This document shows positions 55,573 through 64,000 of a stretch of 64,000 bases of DNA, in pieces. The notes under the pieces are model-generated. The model did not search any database and was not told the origin of the DNA. It saw only the letters and a list, made by a program, of their open reading frames with translations. A program made the translations under genes and the position numbers. Location of the stretch: positions 480,001 through 544,000 of the forward strand of contig CAVXGR010000018.1 of NCBI GenBank assembly GCA_963761335.1. The letters are read 5' to 3'. Numbering within the stretch: the first letter of the stretch is position 1; the number at the start of each line of letters is the position of its first letter. The DNA is from an uncultured delta proteobacterium. GTDB taxonomy: Bacteria; Desulfobacterota; Binatia; HRBIN30; BPIQ01.

Positions 55573-57597
55573 ATGCGAGGACTGCCCTCCACGCGGCTGC
55601 GGGTATGCGCCGCCGTCTGCCTCTTCCTGTTCGCCGGCAGTGCAGGGGCAGAGAGCCCGGATGCGGCCCTGGATCGCGCTGTCCGCGACACCGGTGTCGC
55701 CCAGGTGCTGGTGGCTCTGCAGGAGCCCAGCGCTCAGCCCCGCTCCGCCTCGGCGCGCCGGCGCGCCATCCGGCAGATGCAGGATCGCGTGCTTGCCCGC
55801 ATGGCTCCGGTGGACTTCGCGCCGACGCACCGCTTTGCGGCGGTGCCGGCGATGGCCGGTTGGGTTGACGCCGACGGTCTCGCCGCCCTGCGCCAGAGCC
55901 CCGAGGTGGCGCGCGTCGACCTGGACGTTCCCGGCACGGGAGCCCTCGCCGTTTCCGTGCCGCAGATCCGCGCCGACGTGGTCCAGGACGTGTACGGCTA
56001 CGACGGCACCGGCGTCACGGTCGCGGTTCTCGACAGTGGCTTCGACGCCACCCACCCCGATCTCGCCAATGCCCTCGTGGGCGAGCAGTGCTTCTGTAGC
56101 GGCGGCGGCGGTTGCTGTCCCGACGGGTCGACGGCGCAGAGCGGCGCCGGTGCCGCGGTCGACGATCACTATCACGGCACGCACGTGAGCGGCATCATCA
56201 CCAGCGACGGCGTCGTCGCCTCCCGAGGTGTCGCCCCGGGCAGCGACATCGTCGCCATCAAGGTGCTCGATTCGAACAACCAGTTCTGCTGCACCGCCGA
56301 CGTGATCGCCGGCCTCGACTGGATCCTCGCCAATCGCCCGGACGTGAAGGTAGTCAACATGAGCCTCTGCACCTTCGCCACCTTCTCCGGCGACTGTGAC
56401 AACGCCACCGCCTACACCATGGCCTTCGCCAGCTCGATCAACGCGCTCACGGCAAACGGCGTCGCGGTCTTCGCCGCCTCCTGCAATCTCGGCCAGCCGA
56501 ACGCGATGGGAGCGCCGGCGTGCGTTGCCAGCACCATCTCCGTTGGCGCCGTGGACTCCACGGACCACGCGGCGTCGTTCTCCAACAGCGGCCCGCCCCT
56601 CGATCTGCTCGCCCCCGGCGTGGCCATCGTCTCCGACCTCCGCGGCGGCGGCACCATTGCCCTCAGCGGCACCTCGATGGCGTGTCCGCATGCGGCCGGC
56701 ACGGCGGCGCTGCTGCTTCAGGCGGTGCCATCGATGACGCCGGCAGAGCTGCTTCAGGCGATGTCGGCCACCGGCCTGCCGGTGACTGATCCAAAGAACG
56801 GCCTCACCAAGCCGCGCATCGACGCACTGGCGGCGCTTCTCTATCCGCGCTGCGGCGATGGCAACCTCGACGCCGGCGAGGAATGCGACGACGGCAACCC
56901 GGACGACGGGGACGGATGCGACTCGAACTGCACCGTCACCGGCTGTGGCAACGGTATCGCGACCGCCGGCGAGGCCTGCGACGACGGGGCGGCCAATGGC
57001 GCGGACGACTGCTGTGCCCCCGATTGCTCGCTGATCGATACCGACGGCGATGGCCTCTGCGACCGCGATGACGGCTGTCCCCATGTGGCAGCGGCGACCG
57101 TGCCCGAGCCGCTATCGGCGTTGAAGAAGATCGTCCTCGTCTACAAGAGCAATGGAGCCGGGGGAGGAGACGACCGGCCGCGCGTGGTGGATGGCGATTT
57201 CGTTACGGCGGTACCGTTCGATTTGTCGACCACGCACGCGTTGCACCTGCGTCTGGCGAGCACCTCGGGCGGGGCGCTCTTCTCGACCGATCTTCCCGCG
57301 GGCTCGTGGTCGCGTCCCCGCAACGGACGCCGTCGCTGGGTATATCGCGACAGCGGCAGGCCCACCGCCGCAGGCGTACGGCGAGCGGTGGTGCGCGAGA
57401 TGCCCAGAGACAGCGGCACGTATCGCTTCCGACTCTTCGGCCGCGACGCCAACATCGACGCCGCGAACGCGCCGCTGGGGCCCGATGAAGGCGTGCGTGC
57501 CCTCATCGAGATCGAGTCGCCGGACTCGGGAGCCTGCTTCGAGGGAACCCTGGCCAACTGCACCGCGGTGATGAACCGCGATCGCTGTACGCGCTAG
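55573..57597 (+). CDS. Secreted S8 subtilisin-like peptidase with Myxococcus-type Cys-rich repeats
   Basis: Catalytic VAVLDSG, HGTHVSG and GTSMACPH, followed by CGDG..EECDDGN repeats. Confidence 0.92.
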   Translation: MRGLPSTRLRVCAAVCLFLFAGSAGAESPDAALDRAVRDTGVAQVLVALQEPSAQPRSASARRRAIRQMQDRVLARMAPVDFAPTHRFAAVPAMAGWVDADGLAALRQSPEVARVDLDVPGTGALAVSVPQIRADVVQDVYGYDGTGVTVAVLDSGFDATHPDLANALVGEQCFCSGGGGCCPDGSTAQSGAGAAVDDHYHGTHVSGIITSDGVVASRGVAPGSDIVAIKVLDSNNQFCCTADVIAGLDWILANRPDVKVVNMSLCTFATFSGDCDNATAYTMAFASSINALTANGVAVFAASCNLGQPNAMGAPACVASTISVGAVDSTDHAASFSNSGPPLDLLAPGVAIVSDLRGGGTIALSGTSMACPHAAGTAALLLQAVPSMTPAELLQAMSATGLPVTDPKNGLTKPRIDALAALLYPRCGDGNLDAGEECDDGNPDDGDGCDSNCTVTGCGNGIATAGEACDDGAANGADDCCAPDCSLIDTDGDGLCDRDDGCPHVAAATVPEPLSALKKIVLVYKSNGAGGGDDRPRVVDGDFVTAVPFDLSTTHALHLRLASTSGGALFSTDLPAGSWSRPRNGRRRWVYRDSGRPTAAGVRRAVVREMPRDSGTYRFRLFGRDANIDAANAPLGPDEGVRALIEIESPDSGACFEGTLANCTAVMNRDRCTR

Positions 57598-58367
57598 CGG
57601 GTGCGGTCGCCGATGCCGAGCTTTCGCCGCTGCGCGGCGCGGGCGGTGCGGCTCTCCGGGGACGTCCACACCGCCGCTGTCGCGGCGGCCTCCTCTTCGG
57701 TCTCGGCGCGCGCGCGAGCGACGGCCTCGGCGAGCAGCGCCGCTTTGGTGTGGGCGAATGCCTGGCGCGGGAAAGCGCCGAGGCGCGCCGCGCGACGCAG
57801 CACCGTTTCCTCGAGCTTGTCGGCCTCAAACATTTCATCGACGACGCCGAGGCGCAGCGCCTGGGATGCCGGGTAGAGGGCGGCGCCGAGCAGCAGCTCG
57901 CTCGCCCGCGCCGGAGCGAGGCGCAGGCGCACGATCTCCAGAGCGACGCGCGGGAAGGCGGCACCCACGGCGAGCTCGTTGAGGCCGACCTTGTAGTCGC
58001 CGTCGAGTCCGAGGCGGTAGTCGCAGGCGAGTACCAGCACCATGCCGCCGGCGATGGCGTGGCCGCGCATCATGGCAACCGTGGGCTTCGGCAGTGCCAG
58101 CAGCTCCAGGTGGGTTTCGCGGTAGAGCTCCTGGATGCGGCGTGCCGCGCTCGCATCGCGACGAGGAGCACTGAAGTCGAATCCGCCGCTGAAGAAAGCG
58201 CCGGCTCCGGTGAGCACGACGGCGCGTACGGCGTCGTCGCGACGTGCCTCCTCGAGGGCGTTCGCGAGATCGCCGAGCAGGGTCTCGTCGATGGCGTTTG
58301 CCGGCGGGCGGTCGAGGGTGATCACGCAGACGCCGCCGTCGCGGCGATCCATTCGGACCGTGCTCAT
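57594..58367 (-). CDS. Enoyl-CoA hydratase/isomerase family protein
   Basis: Motifs DRPPANA, FSGGFD, GHAIAGG and GLNE. Confidence 0.9.
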   Translation of the reverse strand: MSTVRMDRRDGGVCVITLDRPPANAIDETLLGDLANALEEARRDDAVRAVVLTGAGAFFSGGFDFSAPRRDASAARRIQELYRETHLELLALPKPTVAMMRGHAIAGGMVLVLACDYRLGLDGDYKVGLNELAVGAAFPRVALEIVRLRLAPARASELLLGAALYPASQALRLGVVDEMFEADKLEETVLRRAARLGAFPRQAFAHTKAALLAEAVARARAETEEEAAATAAVWTSPESRTARAAQRRKLGIGDRTR

Positions 58368-58381
58368 CGGTGTGCTCTCGG

Positions 58382-58960
58382 CTAGGGCTGTAGCAACGTG
58401 CGCTTCCAGCCGCGGCGGGTGCGGGTGAAGAGCTCGCGGTCGTGCAGGCGGTGATCCCGATGGGTCCAGAACTCGACCTCGTCGGGTAGCAGGCGATAGC
58501 CGGTCCAGTGCGGCGGGCGCGGCACCTCGGCGCTCCGGTGCTCGCGCTCCAGGCGGCGCCAGCGCTGCAGCAGCTCGGCGCGGCTGCCCAGGGGCGCGCT
58601 CTGGCGGGACGCCAGAGCCGCCAGCTGGCTCTCGCGCGGCCGCGTCTTCCAATAGGCGTCCGCCTCGGCCGCCGAAACCGGCTCGATGTTGCCGTCGGCG
58701 CGCACCTGGCGGTGCAGCGGCTCCCAGTGGAAGGCCAGGGCCGCGCGCGGATTCTCGCGCAGCTCGCGCCCCTTGCGGCTCAGCTCGTTGGTGAAGAAGA
58801 CGAAGCCGCGCTTGTCGGCCTGCTTGAGGAGGACGATGCGCACCGCCGGCCGCCCGGCCGCGTCTGCGGTGGCGAGTGCCATGGCCTCGGCCAAAGGGAT
58901 CCCGGCTCTCTGCGCCTGGCCGAACCAGCGGCGGAAACGCTCCATCGGATCGGTTGCCAT
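58382..58960 (-). CDS. pdxH: Pyridoxamine 5'-phosphate oxidase
   Basis: Motifs RIVLLK, FFTN..SRKG, RQVR, RPRESQ and EFW...RLHDR. Confidence 0.95.
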   Translation of the reverse strand: MATDPMERFRRWFGQAQRAGIPLAEAMALATADAAGRPAVRIVLLKQADKRGFVFFTNELSRKGRELRENPRAALAFHWEPLHRQVRADGNIEPVSAAEADAYWKTRPRESQLAALASRQSAPLGSRAELLQRWRRLEREHRSAEVPRPPHWTGYRLLPDEVEFWTHRDHRLHDRELFTRTRRGWKRTLLQP

Positions 58961-59091
58961 CGACATCGGACAGTACGAGCGTGTCGGTGAATGCGCAACC
59001 CGAGAAACCTGGCCACCGAGCCACGCCCCTCCCCCCGCCGTTTGTCTCCCGGCCGCGGGTATGATTCTGTCGCCCGCGGAGAGGAGCAGCG

Positions 59092-59547
59092 ATGGCGAAT
59101 CGCAACGAGGTCGTGGCGGGGCTGCTGGCGATTGCGACGGTGGCAGGTGGTGCGGCGGCGGGGCTGTCGCCGGCAACCGAGGCCGCCCTGCGCTCGTCGA
59201 GCTACATCTACGTTTCCACCGAGCGCAAGAGCGGCGTGTGGAGCAAGCAGAGCCCGATCTGGTTCATCTACGAGGACGGCAAGATCTTCTTCACCACCTC
59301 GCCCGACAGCTGGAAGGCGAAGCGCATCGCGCGCGGCAGCCGCTTGCGCATTCGCGTCGGCAGCGAGGACGGTCCGGAGCTGATCGGCAAGCCCGAGGCG
59401 GTGACCGATGCGGCGCTGATCGACCGCATGGGCAAGGCGTACTCCGACAAGTACTGGATCGCCTGGGCTGGGTTCTTCCGGCCGCGCAGCGACCGCGTTG
59501 CTGCCGGCAAGACCAAGGCCTATCAGATCACCCTCACGGAAAAATAG
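59092..59547 (+). CDS. PNPOx-like split-barrel protein with an N-terminal hydrophobic/signal segment
   Basis: Motifs STERKSG, SPIWF, SWKAKRI and YSDKY. AGGAG RBS. Confidence 0.7.
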   Translation: MANRNEVVAGLLAIATVAGGAAAGLSPATEAALRSSSYIYVSTERKSGVWSKQSPIWFIYEDGKIFFTTSPDSWKAKRIARGSRLRIRVGSEDGPELIGKPEAVTDAALIDRMGKAYSDKYWIAWAGFFRPRSDRVAAGKTKAYQITLTEK

Positions 59548-59550
59548 GCG

Positions 59551-60699
59551 ATGCGGCGATTCAGTCGAGTTCTTTCGGTCACCGTCGTCATCGCCGTCCT
59601 CTTGCTGCTCGCCGCCAAGGGGCTCTTCGGCGGCGGCCGCCGCCTCGAGGATCGCACCGCGGCTCCGGCCCTGCCGTCATCGGCGCTTCAGCTGGTGGTG
59701 AATCTCGACCACCCGCCGGGAAACATCGCCGTCTCCGAAGATGGGCGGGTGTTCTTCACGATGCATCCCGACGGCCACCCGCCGATGCAGGTCGCCACCC
59801 TGGTCGACGGCAAGCCGGTTCCCTATCCGGATCTCGAGTTCCAGCACGCCGGCCCGAGCGCGCCCGCCGAGCACTTCCAGTCCGTGCTGTCGATACGCAT
59901 CGACCGGCAAGGGCGTCTGTGGACGCTCGACTACGCCAGCTACGGCATGGGCCAGCCGCGGCTGCTGGCCTTCGACCTGGCCACCAACTCCCTGGTGCAC
60001 GAGTACAACTTTCCCTCGGACGTCGCCGGGACGTTCTCGATGGTGAACGATTTCCAGGTCGACCCCAAGGGCGAGAAGATCTACATCGCCGACACCAGCC
60101 CGCTGATCCAGCGGCCGGCGCTGATCGTCTACGACACGGTCCGCAAGAAGAGCCGCCGGGTCCTGCAGAACGACCCGTCGGTGCAGGCCGGGGACTACAT
60201 CATCCAGGCGCCGGGTCGCGACATGATCATCTACGACATCTATCGCCTGCGCCTCGGGGTCGACTCGATCGCCCTCGACGACGCCGGCGAGTGGCTCTAC
60301 TACGGGCCGGTGACCGGCGACACGCTCTATCGCGTCCGCACGGCCGATCTCGACAACGAGACGCTCACCCCCGGAGATCTGTCGGCGCGGGTCGAAGCGT
60401 TTGCGCCGAAAACGCTCAGTGACGGCATCGCCATGGACTCCGCCGGCAACATCTACATCGGCGATATGGAGCACTCCGCCATCCTCAGCCTGGGTCCCGA
60501 TCGCCGGCTGACGACGCTGTTGAAGGACAGCCGCTTGCGCTGGCCCGACGGCTTCAGCTTCGGGCCGGACGGCTGGCTGTACCTCACTTGCAGCTCCCTG
60601 CAAGACGTTCTCTTCGTCGGGCAGGACGTGATGCGCGCCCACGCCCCGTACCAGATCTTTCGCTTCCGGCCGGGACCGGGCGGAATTCCCGGGCATTGA
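59551..60699 (+). CDS. Major royal jelly / yellow family (L-dopachrome tautomerase-related) beta-propeller
   Basis: Motifs GNIAVS, FQSVLSIRID, LWTLD, GVDSIAL, SDGIAMD and WPDGF. Confidence 0.85.
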   Translation: MRRFSRVLSVTVVIAVLLLLAAKGLFGGGRRLEDRTAAPALPSSALQLVVNLDHPPGNIAVSEDGRVFFTMHPDGHPPMQVATLVDGKPVPYPDLEFQHAGPSAPAEHFQSVLSIRIDRQGRLWTLDYASYGMGQPRLLAFDLATNSLVHEYNFPSDVAGTFSMVNDFQVDPKGEKIYIADTSPLIQRPALIVYDTVRKKSRRVLQNDPSVQAGDYIIQAPGRDMIIYDIYRLRLGVDSIALDDAGEWLYYGPVTGDTLYRVRTADLDNETLTPGDLSARVEAFAPKTLSDGIAMDSAGNIYIGDMEHSAILSLGPDRRLTTLLKDSRLRWPDGFSFGPDGWLYLTCSSLQDVLFVGQDVMRAHAPYQIFRFRPGPGGIPGH

Positions 60700-60711
60700 T
60701 CCGAGGGGATC

Positions 60712-61878
60712 GTGCAGCGGAGCCAGAGCCGCATCTTGACCACCCACGCGGGAAGCCTGCCGCGTCCGCGGGCGCTCGTCGAGATGATGGTTCGCAAGAG
60801 CCGCCGCGAAGCGGTGGACGCTGCCGCCTTCGAGCGCGCCGTGGAGGAGTCGACGCGGCGGGTGGTGGCCCGCCAGCTCGAGGTCGGCATCGACGTCGGC
60901 AACAACGGCGAGCAACCGCGAGAGAGCTTCTTCACCTACGTCCAGCATCGACTGAGCGGCTTCGGCGGCTCCAGCCAGCGGCCGATCATGCGCGACATCG
61001 TGCACTATCCGTCTTTTCTCGAGCTCAAGGCGCCGGAGTTTGCGCGGACCATGGTGAGCCTGATCGCCGCTCCCAAGGCGATCGGCCCGGTGCGCTACGT
61101 CGACCGCTCGCCCATGGAGAAGGAGTGCGCCGACTACCGGCGCATCGTCGGCGAGCAGGCCGGCAGGTTCGCCGAGTCGTTCATGTCGGCGGCCTCGCCC
61201 GGAATCGTGGCGGCGGCCATGCTGAACGAGCACTACCCGAGCTATGCCGAGTACGTCGGCGCCTTGGCGGAGGCGTTGCGCACCGAGTACGAGTACATCG
61301 TGGCGCAGGGATTCGTGCTGCAGCTCGATTGCCCCGACCTGGCGATGGAGAGGCACACCTCGTTCGCCGAGAGGCCTCTGGCGGAGTTCCTCGACTTCGT
61401 CGACGTCAACATCGACGCCATCAACCGCGCCCTGCGAGGCATTCCGCCGGAACGCGTACGCCTGCACGTCTGCTGGGGCAACTACGAGGCGCCGCATGTC
61501 TTCGACGTGCCGCTCGAAGAGATCCTGCCGCGGCTTTATCGAGCCCACGTCGGGGCTCTGGTGCTGTCCATGGCCAACCCGCGGCACGCCCACGAGCATC
61601 GTTGCTTCGGGCGCGATCCGCTGCCGGAATCGATGCTGCTGATCGCCGGGGTCATCGACCCGACGACCAATTACGTCGAGCACCCAGAGGTGGTCGCCGA
61701 TCGCATCGAGCTGGCGGCGCAGGCGATCGGCGATCCGCAGCGGCTTCTCGCCGGCACCGACTGTGGCTTCGATACGGCCGCCGGACTCGGCGAGGTGGCC
61801 GAGGAGGTGGTGTGGGAGAAGTTGCGGGCTCTCCGGCAGGGCGCCGAGATCGCCAGCCGGCGGCTCTTCCGCGGCTGA
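60712..61878 (+). CDS. Cobalamin-independent methionine synthase II family protein (catalytic domain only)
   Basis: Motifs TTHAGSLPRP, LQLDCPD, HVCWGN and TDCGF. Confidence 0.9.
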   Translation: MQRSQSRILTTHAGSLPRPRALVEMMVRKSRREAVDAAAFERAVEESTRRVVARQLEVGIDVGNNGEQPRESFFTYVQHRLSGFGGSSQRPIMRDIVHYPSFLELKAPEFARTMVSLIAAPKAIGPVRYVDRSPMEKECADYRRIVGEQAGRFAESFMSAASPGIVAAAMLNEHYPSYAEYVGALAEALRTEYEYIVAQGFVLQLDCPDLAMERHTSFAERPLAEFLDFVDVNIDAINRALRGIPPERVRLHVCWGNYEAPHVFDVPLEEILPRLYRAHVGALVLSMANPRHAHEHRCFGRDPLPESMLLIAGVIDPTTNYVEHPEVVADRIELAAQAIGDPQRLLAGTDCGFDTAAGLGEVAEEVVWEKLRALRQGAEIASRRLFRG

Positions 61879-61947
61879 GAGACGGTCTGCCGCGTTTTCC
61901 TGGACTCTTTTCCCGCCGTGTGCCAGCCTGGGCATTCTCCATGAACG

Positions 61948-63240
61948 ATGTCGCTCCGCTGGGACGGCGTCCGCTGCGGACACTCGCACGTCCTCGAGTC
62001 GCCGGGAGACGCCGTGCTTCGGCTCTTGCTGGACGATCTCGGAGCGGGCGACGGATCTCGGATTCGGCTACGTGCTTGCGGCGGTGTCGCCGATAGCGAC
62101 ATGGAGCTGACCTGCAGCAAGGACGGCAAGTCGTTCCGCGTCTGTCTTATGCCCGCTTGCGGAGGATAGGGCATGCCTATCGCCAGACATCGCGCTTCAA
62201 GATCCTCTACCAGGGCAAGCTGCCCGATGCGCAGGGGCTGCAGATCGTCGATCGAATCGTCGGCGGCGTTGACTCGCAACGAGGCGAAGGTTTCCGATGC
62301 GTTTATCGGGATCTCATCGAGAGCAAGCCCCGACAGCGCGCCCTCCGAGCTCTCCACCTGGGGAGAGAAGCTCGAGTTGCGGGTGACCATCGGCTGCAAC
62401 GAGAGCTGCGCCTTCTGCAACTCCGACGGCCGGTGCAGAACCACTGCAAGTCCGAGGCGGCGGTCGTCGATGCCATCGGCCGCGCTCCTTCGATGGGCGT
62501 CAAAGAGATCGTGTTCACCGGCGGCGAGCCGACGCTCATGCCGGGCCTCGCCGAGCTGGGTGCGGCAGGCGCGACGCAGCGGACTGAGGGTTTGGCTGCA
62601 GACGAACGCCACGGTCGTTCGACCCGGAGAGCTACTGGGAGCAGTTTCGCGAGCCCTCGGGAGAGCTGCTGCTCCCGAACCAGATCGTGGTTTCGATGCA
62701 CACCCGCTTCCCGGAGCGGGTCGAGAAGATCACCGGCCTGGGCGGCACCTTCGAGAGAAAGGTGGCGGTGATCCGCTCCGCTCTGGCGCTCGGCATCGAC
62801 TGTCGGCTGAGCCACGTGATCTCGATCCTCAACATGGACGAGACCCCGGAGTTCCCCGGATGGGTGGCGGAGACCTTCGGCAATCGGGTGGCCATCGTCT
62901 TCTCCTTCGTGGCGCCGACCGGCCATGGCAGTGCCCATCCCGACCTCATGCCGCGCGTTCACGACGATGGCGCCGCGTCTGGCCAAGGCGCTCGATGCGG
63001 CGCGTTCCCTGCGGTTGCGCGCCATGTTGACCGATGTCTGCGGCATACCCGGTATGCGCTCTTCCCTCGCATCGCGAGTTTTTCTCCAGCGCCGTCGGGC
63101 CGTCGAATCTGCCGACCATGGGACGGGAGCGCGTCAAGTTCGACTTCTGCGCGAGTGCATCTTCGACAGCCGATGCACCGGCTTCTGGCGGAAATACGTC
63201 GAGCTGTACGGCACCGGGGAGTTCGCCCCTGTCAGAGAGA
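61948..63240 (+). pseudogene. Radical SAM enzyme with a C-terminal Cys motif (HxsC-like), broken by multiple frameshifts (pseudogene or sequencing errors)
   Basis: CNESCAFC (62395), FTGGEPT, LQTNA, CGIP.C and C..C.FDSRC.G....Y..LYG..EF.P lie in different reading frames. Confidence 0.75.
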
Positions 63241-64000
63241 GGGGCCGCTCCGGCAGGGCGGCGCCCTCCGCCGCGCCGGCGGGGCTGGCGGCGCCGGACT
63301 GCTGTCGCATATCGGGGTGCGGCAGTGCCGTCGCTTCGATCGATGCGCGGAAAGGCGCCGGTGCACACGATCACGCGGTCTTCGTGTTGAATCGGCAGAT
63401 CGGCATGCCGACCAGCTGGCCGACGAAATCGGTCGAGGCGGATGCCGACGCCGAGCTGTACCTGCTCGAGTACAACTACCTCGATTCCGCGAAGACCGCT
63501 TCCTGCCTCTCGGCGCTGGCGGAGCTTCGAGCCGCGCGCCAGCCTCGACTTCTCGAGAAAGACGCTGCTGCTCGCCGATCAAGGGCCTGCACCCGGCGGG
63601 CGCCGCCCTGATCGAGCTGGCGCACCAGTTCCGCAGTCACCACGTCTTCTTCGAGCTGTGGAACGGGCTCCGCGAGGTGGCCGAGATCGGCGAGGCAGAG
63701 ATCGAGAACCTCTATCTAATGCCGGTGACCAGCCACCTGCGGCTGCCGAGCACGCCGGCGTTGCCCTCGCCTCCGAACCGGCGCGTCTTCGTGTCCCTCG
63801 GCGGCGATGATGATCTCGACCTCATCCGGCGAGTGATCGCCCTGTGCCCGCATCTGCACTTCTGCGTTCCCGACATCTGCTGGAGGAAGTCGGGCTCGGA
63901 GAAACGCATCTCCGATGTGGAAATTGCGGGTGCGAATGTCACCCTGGTCGACTGCTCGGCGTTGAGGCGGCGCATGGTTCTACCGAGTGCCCTATCGTCC
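63240..64000 (+). CDS. Frameshifted continuation or next gene, possibly a GT-B-like domain, running off the window
   Basis: Open frame from 63608 to the end, containing RVFVSLGGDDD..LIRRVI. Family assignment is weak. Confidence 0.35.

Noticed and set aside
61948..63610. Programmed ribosomal frameshifting
   Set aside because: There are too many shifts in both directions and no recognisable slippery sites. Error or decay is more parsimonious.

Overview
This is a high-GC (roughly 69%, estimated by eye) bacterial chromosomal window with about 52 genes, mostly intact. No rRNA, tRNA, CRISPR array, integrase or transposase was recognised. Dockerin-like and MYXO-CTERM-like surface proteins, PT-rich linkers and many acyl-CoA enzymes suggest a Candidatus Binatia or Myxococcota-like organism; this is inference only. 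Housekeeping and metabolic genes include aroC, lipA, lpdA, glyA, recQ, pdxH, an Mla/Mce-type ABC operon, the alpha-2-macroglobulin + pbpC pair, an NhaP-type antiporter and fatty-acid activation and beta-oxidation genes. Highlights: (1) a compact KS-less, carrier-protein-based biosynthetic cluster at 7.6-16.4 kb (ACP, stand-alone condensation-like acyltransferase, FAD oxidoreductase, AMP ligase, flavin-dependent halogenase, SAM methyltransferase, B12-radical SAM, acyl-ACP thioesterase); (2) two adjacent secreted proteins built from the same 4-Cys repeat with a four-unit higher-order period, one ending in a MYXO-CTERM-like anchor and one in a dockerin-like domain; (3) a ZMP/ZTP riboswitch with a clean sigma70 promoter before glyA; (4) an RRM protein that appears to start at AUU; (5) an outer-membrane barrel + cupredoxin-like pair near a sensor class III cyclase with non-canonical specificity residues; (6) several REP/BIME-like repeat families; (7) a heavily frameshifted radical SAM gene at the right edge. 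All family calls come from motif recognition by eye, not from database searches.
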